From NCBI GenBank assembly GCA_944392565.1, contig CALXWX010000002.1, forward strand, positions 117,853-181,852: a stretch of 64,000 nucleotides of DNA, given 5' to 3'. Under the pieces are notes generated by a model. The model worked only from the letters and a program-made list of their open reading frames with translations, had not been told where the DNA came from and searched no databases. Shown here in pieces: positions 20,507 through 28,760 of this stretch (position 1 is its first letter; each line of letters opens with the position of its first letter). The position numbers and the translations under genes are program-made. This DNA is from an uncultured Alphaproteobacteria bacterium. Lineage in GTDB: Bacteria > Pseudomonadota > Alphaproteobacteria > Rs-D84.

Positions 20507-21061
20507 ATGAAAAAATTAATTGTTTTAATGGGCGGTCAAGGTGTAGGCAAGGGTACCTTTGCCCGCATTTTATGTGAACAACACGATTATAAATACATCG
20601 AAACGGGTGCAATGTTGCGCAATGCGGCACAACAAAATCCCAAAATTGCCGAAATTTTAAACCGCGGCGAATTATTACCAAATGACATATTATTGAATTT
20701 GATGACGGAACAAATATCCGGCACACACGACATTTTATTAGACGGATTTCCACGCACATTGGACCAGGCAAAATGGCTGGTTCAAAATTACGCGGACAAA
20801 TTTAATATACATGTGCTGTACCTGGATGTCCCCGAAGAAATCATGATTGCCCGCATTCAAAAACGCATTCGCGAAGGCGGCGGTCGTGCCGATGACGCTG
20901 ATGTTGATGCGGTTCGCAAACGACTGGACATATTCTGGAACACGACGATACCGGCAATAAAATGGCTGGAAACTGTTCCCGGAATAAAATTTTCTGATGT
21001 TGATGTACGCGGCAATGTTAATGAAAATATGAAAAATATAACACTGACATTATCTGATTAA
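20507..21061 (+). CDS. adk: Adenylate kinase (short lid type)
   Basis: P-loop GGQGVGKGT, TGAMLR, LLDGFPRT. Confidence 0.9.
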   Translation: MKKLIVLMGGQGVGKGTFARILCEQHDYKYIETGAMLRNAAQQNPKIAEILNRGELLPNDILLNLMTEQISGTHDILLDGFPRTLDQAKWLVQNYADKFNIHVLYLDVPEEIMIARIQKRIREGGGRADDADVDAVRKRLDIFWNTTIPAIKWLETVPGIKFSDVDVRGNVNENMKNITLTLSD

Positions 21062-21978
21062 ACAATCCGCCGGCGAATTAATCCAAACAACGCAAACCCC
21101 AACAATAATATCATTATCAATACAAATATTACTGTTGCCGTCTGTTCACCATCAGCGAATGGTAATTTCATATTCATACCATAGTATCCAACAATAACCG
21201 TTGGAACGACCAATATAATATTCCACATGGTCAGTCGATTAATGTATGTATTTGAATCCATATTAATAACACTTTCAAATGTTTCTTTAATGGATTTTAA
21301 CATTTTACTGTATGATGTAACAACTTCTATCCCCTGGGATAATTCGATACGCGTATCTTCGCATAATTCTTGGGCATCTTCGGTTTTAACAAACCCGCGA
21401 ACTTTTTCTAATTTATCCAGCACCGCGACATTACCCTTTAATCCCGCCATATATAATGTATAACTGTTTTCAACCTCTAATAACGCCATCAGTTCTTTTT
21501 TTCTGACGCGTTCTTGCAACATTTTTTTCGATGCCAAAACCCGCTTGTTTAATTCTTTCAACGACCGCAAATAAGATTCTGCGATATAATAAATAATATT
21601 TAAAACCAATTCTTCACGGGATGTTTTTTCATCTGTTCTTATTTTATCCAGCAAATCGCACCGTTTACGACATACTGTAATCACCCGATTCGTTGAATAT
21701 ATTATCGATAATGGTTCCGTATGCCATAATGTATCCGTTTCACGATTAATAATCGGGAAACGAACAATTATAACCTTGTAATCATCTTCGACTTCAAACC
21801 GTGGCTGTTCATCCGGATCCAAAATATCAGAAATTGTATCTTCATCTATTTTATATTCTGTCTGCAACCGTTCAAAATCATCATGATCTGGGTTGCCAAC
21901 ATTTATCCATGAAAATCCCTTTAATTTTTCTGCAACAAACATCACCACACCCCATATTTTGCGCATATTGTATGACAA
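21058..21978 (-). CDS. corA: CorA-family magnesium/cobalt transporter
   Basis: YGMNM (GMN) motif before the last TM helix. Start uncertain (the MFVAEK alternative). Confidence 0.88.
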   Translation of the reverse strand: MSYNMRKIWGVVMFVAEKLKGFSWINVGNPDHDDFERLQTEYKIDEDTISDILDPDEQPRFEVEDDYKVIIVRFPIINRETDTLWHTEPLSIIYSTNRVITVCRKRCDLLDKIRTDEKTSREELVLNIIYYIAESYLRSLKELNKRVLASKKMLQERVRKKELMALLEVENSYTLYMAGLKGNVAVLDKLEKVRGFVKTEDAQELCEDTRIELSQGIEVVTSYSKMLKSIKETFESVINMDSNTYINRLTMWNIILVVPTVIVGYYGMNMKLPFADGEQTATVIFVLIMILLLGFALFGLIRRRIV

Positions 21979-22025
21979 TAAATATAAAAAATCAAACTTT
22001 CACAATGATGTTTTTTATTTTTATT

Positions 22026-22088
22026 CCCATACAAAAATAAACAAACGCCACTGCGGGCGTTTCTTTATTTTTGGTCGGGGCGACAGGA
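22026..22088. repeat. 63-bp direct repeat, distal copy (terminator plus last 17 nt of tRNA-Pro)
   Basis: Identical to 22217-22279. Confidence 0.9.
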
Positions 22089-22216
22089 TTCCCTCGCACG
22101 GCACAAAATGGTGCCGGCTGTGGGGCATTCCTAACGATTTGACTGCGCAACGCTTGTCAAATCTACTCATTGTCGAACCTGGGCATACTGCGTATGCGAT
22201 GCTGATTTCCGTAATA

Positions 22217-22279
22217 CCCATACAAAAATAAACAAACGCCACTGCGGGCGTTTCTTTATTTTTGGTCGGGGCGACAGGA
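22217..22279. repeat. 63-bp direct repeat, proximal copy (overlaps the real tRNA-Pro 3' end)
   Basis: cccatacaaaaataaacaaacgccactgcgggcgtttctttatttttggtcggggcgacagga, identical to 22026-22088. Confidence 0.9.
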
Positions 22280-22339
22280 ATCGAACCTGCGACCCCTTGC
22301 ACCCCATGCAAGTACTCTACCAGGCTGAGCTACGCCCCG
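22263..22339 (-). tRNA. tRNA-Pro (anticodon GGG)
   Basis: Reverse complement cggggcgtagctcagcctggtagagtacttgcatggggtgcaaggggtcgcaggttcgattcctgtcgccccgacca. Cloverleaf with loop aU-GGG-Gu, G37, and encoded CCA. Confidence 0.9.
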
Positions 22340-22459
22340 ACATGCGTATATTTATACAATCACCACCGTTGAAATGCAAGAATATATTTTATGCTTGCAC
22401 GAATCGGAAAAAAGTTATTAGTATGCGCATATCTATAAAACTTAAACAGGGGGACAGCA

Positions 22460-22837
22460 GTGATAGTAGGCATAGGAATTGATTTGGTCGAATGTGGCCG
22501 ATTTCTTGATTGGTCTGCATTTAAAAAACAACGCATATTCACAAAAAAGGAACTGGAATATGCAGACGCAGATAATGCAAATGCTGAAAAACATTTGGCA
22601 AATTTCTGGGCTGCACGCGAAGCATGCTTAAAAGCCCTGGGGACGGGTTTTGGCGACGACATCGCATTTTCCGATGTTTCTGTTATTCATAATGATGCGG
22701 GTAAACCAGAATTATTATTAGCGGGCGGTGCAAAATCTGCATTAAAAGAAATCGCCGGCGGCGACGCAATTGTTCATTTATCAATAACCGACCAAGACGA
22801 TTATTCCGCCGCAATTGTCGTAATTGAAAAAATGTAA
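22460..22837 (+). CDS. acpS: Holo-[acyl-carrier-protein] synthase
   Basis: GTG start after an AGGGGGA SD. MIVGIGIDLVE N-terminus and SITDQDDYSAAIVV C-terminus. Confidence 0.92.
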   Translation: MIVGIGIDLVECGRFLDWSAFKKQRIFTKKELEYADADNANAEKHLANFWAAREACLKALGTGFGDDIAFSDVSVIHNDAGKPELLLAGGAKSALKEIAGGDAIVHLSITDQDDYSAAIVVIEKM

Positions 22838-22873
22838 AAAATGCCCGCAACGGGCATTTTTATTTACATTGTA

Positions 22874-23098
22874 TTAATAATTGATTTGTTGCTGCATTGC
22901 AATCTGACGCCCTGAACCAGCCGCACATGGATTTGTATTTGTTACACGAATAACATTATCAACCGATGGTTGACCATCATTATTCTTTTTTCCCGCTGTC
23001 AAAACCCATATGATTATACCAACACATAATACTGCAACCAGAAACATCAAAATATACTGTGCAATTTTAAACGATGTTGTTTGTGTCGACATTTTCAC
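22874..23098 (-). CDS. Small single-pass membrane protein, unknown function
   Basis: 74 aa with one TM (YILMFLVAVLCVGIIIWVL). Confidence 0.5.
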   Translation of the reverse strand: MKMSTQTTSFKIAQYILMFLVAVLCVGIIIWVLTAGKKNNDGQPSVDNVIRVTNTNPCAAGSGRQIAMQQQINY

Positions 23099-23197
23099 TT
23101 CCTTTATAAATATATTTTAGCATATTGATAACAAATATCGCATAAAACTTTATTCCCAAATACCTACAAAAAAACGCCCATAATCGGGCGATTTTGC

Positions 23198-25414
23198 TTA
23201 AAACAATGGTGGGAAACAATCACCGCCACTTTCTGGGCAACAATTAAATCCCATTTCGCCCATATCTGTGTATACCTCTCCCGTACAGCATCCATTTACA
23301 TCTGGTGCTGTGCCATCCGGACACATTGGCATATTTTCATCAACCGTGGTGGTTGTTTCTGTCGAGTACAATGTTTCTGTATCATATTCCGGATCCGCGA
23401 TAAACATTTTTTCATTTTGCGAAACATTATATGCCGGCTTGCTGGCCAAGATTTCTTCTTCGCTTTCAATTACTGGCGCGGGTTCTGGTTCTATAACCGG
23501 GACCGGTTCTGCCACAGGCACTGTTTCCACAACTGGCACCGGTTCAACAACCGGTGTTGGTTCTGGCACAGGCTGGAGTTCTGGCTGGGGTGACGGTACA
23601 GGCTCTGGCACCGGTTCTGGTTCTGGTTCTGCCACAGTTGTTTCAACAGATTGCACATTTTCATCAACCGTAATTTCCGGGACAAATGGACTGTCCGCCG
23701 GCACTGTTTCCTGCACCACAGATGCATCTGCGACCGGTACCGTTGCCGCCAAGTCTGGTGTATTCTTGCTGGTATTTTTCTGGTACAGCCACAATGTAAA
23801 TATTGATAATGCAATTAATAAAACCAACATAATATAATATATCATCGTTGGCTTGCGCGGCGCTGGACTGGTTGGCACCTGGGTCCCAGTAATTGGCGAT
23901 ACCGGTCTGGCACCAGATGACATTGGCGCCGCCCCGATATTTTGCATCGGTTTTGCCGCGGCAACACCTGCGGTTGCCATTGCTGCGGCAGCGGCAACAT
24001 TTGGGTTTTCCACATCTGGCACAACCGGGGCGGGGCGCATTGATTCATTCACGCCATATGATGATGAATTCATGTCATTTTGGGGCATCGGCGCATTAAC
24101 AGATGTAATCGTATCCAATACCGGCGCCGTTTGCGGTTGCTGAACCGGCGTTTCCATTTGCTCTGACACTGGTCGCACATTGATTGGTGAATCTGTTGCG
24201 GTATTATTATCCAAATTTTTCGAAACAGGTGGCGCAAACGACAGCGGTGAATTATCCATATTTTCACCATACGCATCCATGTTTTTATTCGTTTCTGGTG
24301 TTGTTGTCGAACTTGCCGGGCTGGAAACACCGAATTCGATTGGTTTAAATGCGATTTCTTCATCCAAGATTTCTGGATCTTTATCAAATAATGGTTTTAC
24401 ATCGTTTTCATTTTCCGCCATTGGTTCCGCCTTTGTCTGTTCTGATAAATCTGTATTAAAAGTTATATTTTCATCATATTCAATATTATTTGCATCATCA
24501 TTATCATATTGAAAATCAGTCGAATTGTCATCAGCATTTTCATCTGTATCATCATCAATATCTGAATCTGATTGCATCGGTACTGGCGCATCCGTCCGTA
24601 CAACCAAATCATTTGACGCCATCGCCGCTGGTAAATTTATATTTTGTTCATTTTTATTATTACCTGGCACCGATGCCATATGCGAATTTTCAGATACATT
24701 GCGTGGCGTACGCGCCAAAATATCGCGTGCCGTTTCCGCATCTTCATCTGCGGCAACCAAACGCCGTTGGGCGTTATCCAATCTTTTTTTTGCCCGGCGC
24801 AGTTTTTCATTAATAACATCAATTTGCGCATCTGTTTTCAATATTTTTGATGCCGATTGCTTTGTTGGTTCGCGTCCAACTTGTTTTTTCTGCTGGCTCA
24901 GTTTTGATTTCAATTGCTTTAACCGCACGCGTAATTCTGCGATTGAATCATTTGTACGAATAATCGTATCCCGCGCCTTGGCTGCATTTGATTCCGCCAT
25001 CGCCAATCGTTCAGACGCCGCCCGATGAATAGATTCATCACGAAAACGGATTAATTCCATCAATTCATTTGTAATATCCGCACCATTTTCATATGCATGA
25101 ATCAACGCATCATACGCCGCCAACCCACTGTATTCAATATCCAGCTTTTGATATTTATTATCTTTCTTTGGGCGAACGGTTTCTAAATCAACATTGTAAT
25201 CATTTGCCAGAATATCATCCCACTTTCTGTCGCCAACCGGATTTATCACCAATAAAACATTTGGCTTTCTGTCATCAATTGTACTGTCCAGAACGAACAC
25301 CAGCTTGCCATCTGCATCATAATATGCCCGGAACACATTACCAACGATATTAAAATCCCGCGATGTTAAAACAGAATTCATATTTTCCCCCTCGCTTACC
25401 ACCATGTGTTCCAT
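23198..25414 (-). CDS. Large bitopic protein: N-terminal globular plus coiled-coil region, long disordered region, one TM, Pro-rich (PEPVPV)n spacer, Cys-rich C-terminal knot
   Basis: 738 aa. TM is MIYYIMLVLLIALSIFTLWLY. Pro-rich repeats are encoded at about 23470-23650. C-terminus is CPDGTAPDVNGCCTGE...FNCCPESGGDCF. The start lies 3 nt after the gcrA stop. Confidence 0.8.
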   Translation of the reverse strand: MEHMVVSEGENMNSVLTSRDFNIVGNVFRAYYDADGKLVFVLDSTIDDRKPNVLLVINPVGDRKWDDILANDYNVDLETVRPKKDNKYQKLDIEYSGLAAYDALIHAYENGADITNELMELIRFRDESIHRAASERLAMAESNAAKARDTIIRTNDSIAELRVRLKQLKSKLSQQKKQVGREPTKQSASKILKTDAQIDVINEKLRRAKKRLDNAQRRLVAADEDAETARDILARTPRNVSENSHMASVPGNNKNEQNINLPAAMASNDLVVRTDAPVPMQSDSDIDDDTDENADDNSTDFQYDNDDANNIEYDENITFNTDLSEQTKAEPMAENENDVKPLFDKDPEILDEEIAFKPIEFGVSSPASSTTTPETNKNMDAYGENMDNSPLSFAPPVSKNLDNNTATDSPINVRPVSEQMETPVQQPQTAPVLDTITSVNAPMPQNDMNSSSYGVNESMRPAPVVPDVENPNVAAAAAMATAGVAAAKPMQNIGAAPMSSGARPVSPITGTQVPTSPAPRKPTMIYYIMLVLLIALSIFTLWLYQKNTSKNTPDLAATVPVADASVVQETVPADSPFVPEITVDENVQSVETTVAEPEPEPVPEPVPSPQPELQPVPEPTPVVEPVPVVETVPVAEPVPVIEPEPAPVIESEEEILASKPAYNVSQNEKMFIADPEYDTETLYSTETTTTVDENMPMCPDGTAPDVNGCCTGEVYTDMGEMGFNCCPESGGDCFPPLF

Positions 25415-25417
25415 GAT

Positions 25418-25963
25418 TTATTTCTTTTTTGGCGGCGTAAATTGATATGCCTGCTTGCAATGTTCATAACAGTATGGCTTGCCAACAAACACCGGCGCCC
25501 CACAGAAGTGAAATTTTTCAGAATCCGGATCGCCAATTGGCCAGCGACACTGATTAGGCTTTAAATTTGCCATTTCCAACGAATGCTGAATAATGCGTTG
25601 ATGCATCGCCAGGGTTTTATTCAGGTTTTTACCGGCACCACCAACAGACTTTTTACCTGCGACTGCCTTTGGCGCGACAGTTTTTTTATCTGCGTCCTTT
25701 ACTTTTTTTACACCTTGAACAGTTTTTTTACCCGACACAGACTTGCCGACAACCTTTTTTCCAGAATTCTTTTTTGCTGTGCCAGATGCCTTGTCCACCG
25801 TGGCAACACCACCCGCCTTGGAATTCCAGCCCAGCCGGTTTAATTTTCCCACAACCGCATTTTTTGACATCCCCAGCCGTTTTCCAATTTCTGATGTTGA
25901 TAACCCTTTACCCATCAACGACTTTAATTTTTTCAGCATTACGCTGTCCCAGCCTTTACTCAT
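25418..25963 (-). CDS. gcrA: Cell-cycle transcriptional regulator GcrA
   Basis: N-terminal W....KLK.L...GLS.SEI...LG.S.NAV.GK..RLGW and C-terminal CRWPIGDP....F.FCG......PYC..H. Confidence 0.92.
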   Translation of the reverse strand: MSKGWDSVMLKKLKSLMGKGLSTSEIGKRLGMSKNAVVGKLNRLGWNSKAGGVATVDKASGTAKKNSGKKVVGKSVSGKKTVQGVKKVKDADKKTVAPKAVAGKKSVGGAGKNLNKTLAMHQRIIQHSLEMANLKPNQCRWPIGDPDSEKFHFCGAPVFVGKPYCYEHCKQAYQFTPPKKK

Positions 25964-26034
25964 TTTAAAAAATCCTTGTTATATATATCGGTATAATTGT
26001 AGCATAGTTTCGAATCGAAAGGCAAGGGGGAATT

Positions 26035-26523
26035 ATGAATATATCGTTTGATTTGTATAACATATCTTTCATTGTTTTGCTGGCTGTATCTGCATGGCTG
26101 GCATGGCGTATATCTGTTGCCGATTGGCGCCGCCGAATAATTCCCGACGCATATTTATTCCCACTGTTGCTGATTGGACTGATAATAATTGCGTTTTTCC
26201 CATGGGTTAGCAACATTGGCGACTCTGCAATTGCCGCCATATGCGGATACGCCCTGGCGGCAATTATTGGATATTTATTTGATATTACAAAAACAAAAAA
26301 TCATAAACATTCTGTTGTTGCCCCCATTGGTATGGGTGATATAAAACTGATATCTGTCGGCGGGATATGGCTGGGGACATTTGGTCTGGCATTGGCATTG
26401 GTTATTGCATGTGTATCAGGCATGGTATGGGGATATATCAAACGCCAAAAATACATTCCATTGGCACCATTCTTTATTGGCGGTGGAATTTTATCTTTAA
26501 TTATAAACACCTTTTTGTTATAA
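26035..26523 (+). CDS. A24-family prepilin peptidase, CpaA/TadV type (no methyltransferase domain)
   Basis: Two catalytic Asp contexts, ADWRRRIIPD and GMGDIKL. 5 TM helices. Confidence 0.85.
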   Translation: MNISFDLYNISFIVLLAVSAWLAWRISVADWRRRIIPDAYLFPLLLIGLIIIAFFPWVSNIGDSAIAAICGYALAAIIGYLFDITKTKNHKHSVVAPIGMGDIKLISVGGIWLGTFGLALALVIACVSGMVWGYIKRQKYIPLAPFFIGGGILSLIINTFLL

Positions 26524-26553
26524 TAGATTAATAACAGGGAAAATGGACAGGGA

Positions 26554-27471
26554 ATGAAACAACAAACAATATTTAAAATTTGCGCAATATTTGGGGTTGC
26601 AATAACTGCGCCGGCAATGGCGACAACATTTCCGTCTGCAACAACACCATTTTCACAATATGGTCAAATTCAAAATGTGCAAAACTATTCATCAAACCCG
26701 TTTTGGAATCCAAATGCCCCATATAACCAGCGTCCACCCGTTCCCGTATATGTCCAGGGTCCCGATATCGACACCAATGATTGCCAATCAATTGTTGCGG
26801 CACTGGTTGCGTCGTATTGTGCATCACATGATAATTGCAAAGATGTTGATGTAAATGATGCGCGTTCAACAATTACGGTACAATTGGCCAGTTTACCAAA
26901 TTATAACTATGTGACACCATGCGCGGGCTATATTGATACCGAATTTGAACACTATGTTTCACAACATTCTGTATTCACCCCCAGCAGTGTTCCCGTCGCA
27001 TTCCCCCAGGCGCAAAATCCGGGATCAAACATCCAATCGGGCGGCACAACATTTGAAAACCCATATGCCCCACAATTACCAACATGGAATGGCGAACCAT
27101 GGATGCAAGAAATGCTTCAACGCCGGCAAGAATTACAAAACCTGCAATCTGCAAACGGCGGCAATAATCCCCAACTGACACGGGCGGAATTCCCCAAAAC
27201 CGCAAATGATTTAACATTTATCCAACGCACACAAAACGATGCCGCGGGGTACGCACCATACGCCGGCAAATCTGCATACGAAACATTAAACCTGGATGCG
27301 GTGGTCGCCGAACAAAATGAAATTGTAAAACAGCGGCAAAATGCGTATTGCAATAATGCCCCGCAAATGTTGGCGACATTAAATGCTGATTTAGCAACCC
27401 TGGAAAAATGCAAAACTGAAAATGTTGCATTTGAAACATGCCTGACCAAATTACAGGGGGTATATTATTAA
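26554..27471 (+). CDS. Secreted Q/N/P-rich protein, unknown function
   Basis: Signal peptide ending APAMA. The C-terminal helical region has 3 Cys. The stop overlaps the next start (TAATG). Confidence 0.75.
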   Translation: MKQQTIFKICAIFGVAITAPAMATTFPSATTPFSQYGQIQNVQNYSSNPFWNPNAPYNQRPPVPVYVQGPDIDTNDCQSIVAALVASYCASHDNCKDVDVNDARSTITVQLASLPNYNYVTPCAGYIDTEFEHYVSQHSVFTPSSVPVAFPQAQNPGSNIQSGGTTFENPYAPQLPTWNGEPWMQEMLQRRQELQNLQSANGGNNPQLTRAEFPKTANDLTFIQRTQNDAAGYAPYAGKSAYETLNLDAVVAEQNEIVKQRQNAYCNNAPQMLATLNADLATLEKCKTENVAFETCLTKLQGVYY

Positions 27472-28760
27472 TGCGTATACAAAATATATTATTTTCTTTC
27501 GTTTTTTTGGCATTATTATCCAGTTCTGCGTATTCTTTGGATATATCAAGCATAATCAACACAACAAACTATCAACAACGGTATCATACACAAACATATA
27601 CAATTGGTCCAGACGGTCAATCTTTGTTGTATCGTGGCAGGGACACGGGTATGAAACTATCTACCCCTGGGCAAGCTGGATCTACAATTCGTGTTACAGA
27701 CAATAATATCCCCGTCAGAACATACACTAGTGGCGGCACAAGTACCGGATCCGGTGGTACTGGGGGGGGCGCTGGTGGCACAACTGGCACAGGAACAACA
27801 GGCACCGGCACAGGTACAGGAACAACGGGTACAGGCGGTACCGGCGGCACCGGTGGTACAGGTACCGGAACAGGAACTGGCACTGGTACCAACACCGGAA
27901 CAAATGCTAGCAACAGCACAAACAGAACCGGTAATCGAATTAACGCGCGTGGTGTTGCAAGTGGGGCATTGGGCGCGATTGGCGCTATTAGTGGTACAAT
28001 GGGCGTGATTGATTCTGCATCTGGTTCTGGTGAACATTCATGGGGCGATGTATTACAAGGAACAATCAGTGGCGCCACTGCAACGGCTGGGGGGGCAGCT
28101 GTAATCAATGCAATTCCTGGGATTGGACAAATTGGATACGGCGTTGCAATTGCTGTTGGGGCTGTTGGCGGTGCAGTTATTTCCGGTTCCCAGTTATTTT
28201 CAGAAACAGATTGTCTGCATGATCCGGTTACAGGATTATTCACATGTTGCCACACACAATTTAACCAGGGTGAACGCTATGCCGATATTGGCGATTATAT
28301 GTTTTGTGGTGTTGAACAAGATGACGGTTCCGTAAACTTGATTAAACCCGGCGTTCGCCAATGTTTGCAAGATGGTGAAGCAACCGCCGCATCATGGTGG
28401 GATGGATTATGGAAAGATGATTTTTGGCAACCCGAATGTGTTGTGCGTATTTGTGACAACACTGAACCACCGACCGAATTCCCGGGATATATAGATTACG
28501 AACCCGATACAACAAATATATGTTGGAATTGGGTATGCATTAACGGATATGAACGCCAGGGTAATACATGTGTTGCAACCGGTGGCGGTTCAAATGACGG
28601 CGGAAATCCGGGCGGCACCCCACCACCATCATCCGCATTACCAATTGATCAATATAATAAATTAATTAATCAAATCCAGGCTGAACGCCAACGATTAATA
28701 CAACAGTGCGGTCATATGCTGGGCAATACTGCAAATATAACATCGCCAACAACAAAATAA
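27471..28760 (+). CDS. Secreted protein with Gly/Thr-rich spacer, glycine-zipper hydrophobic region and Cys-rich C-terminal domain
   Basis: Start MRIQNILFSF at ATG 27471. (G/T)n is encoded at about 27731-27915 and includes a G8 tract at 27772-27779. GALGAIGAISGTMG...GVAIAVGAVGGAVISG. More than 10 Cys follow. Confidence 0.8.
   Translation: MRIQNILFSFVFLALLSSSAYSLDISSIINTTNYQQRYHTQTYTIGPDGQSLLYRGRDTGMKLSTPGQAGSTIRVTDNNIPVRTYTSGGTSTGSGGTGGGAGGTTGTGTTGTGTGTGTTGTGGTGGTGGTGTGTGTGTGTNTGTNASNSTNRTGNRINARGVASGALGAIGAISGTMGVIDSASGSGEHSWGDVLQGTISGATATAGGAAVINAIPGIGQIGYGVAIAVGAVGGAVISGSQLFSETDCLHDPVTGLFTCCHTQFNQGERYADIGDYMFCGVEQDDGSVNLIKPGVRQCLQDGEATAASWWDGLWKDDFWQPECVVRICDNTEPPTEFPGYIDYEPDTTNICWNWVCINGYERQGNTCVATGGGSNDGGNPGGTPPPSSALPIDQYNKLINQIQAERQRLIQQCGHMLGNTANITSPTTK

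Noticed and set aside
22089-22216. tRNA pseudogene or two-piece tmRNA acceptor piece between the 63-bp repeats
   Set aside because: Beyond the shared last 17 nt there is no cloverleaf, and GGGAAUCC is not a T-loop. The acceptor would be Pro-like without the G3:U70 needed for tmRNA. It is reported only as an unexplained insert.
27617-28255. 212-aa minus-strand ORF (Pro/Val-rich), and the thought that 27731-27915 might be a repeat array or CRISPR-like
   Set aside because: The ORF is the reverse complement of the Gly/Thr-coding low-complexity spacer of a signal-peptide protein. The DNA is not made of identical repeats separated by unique spacers. No cas genes are present.
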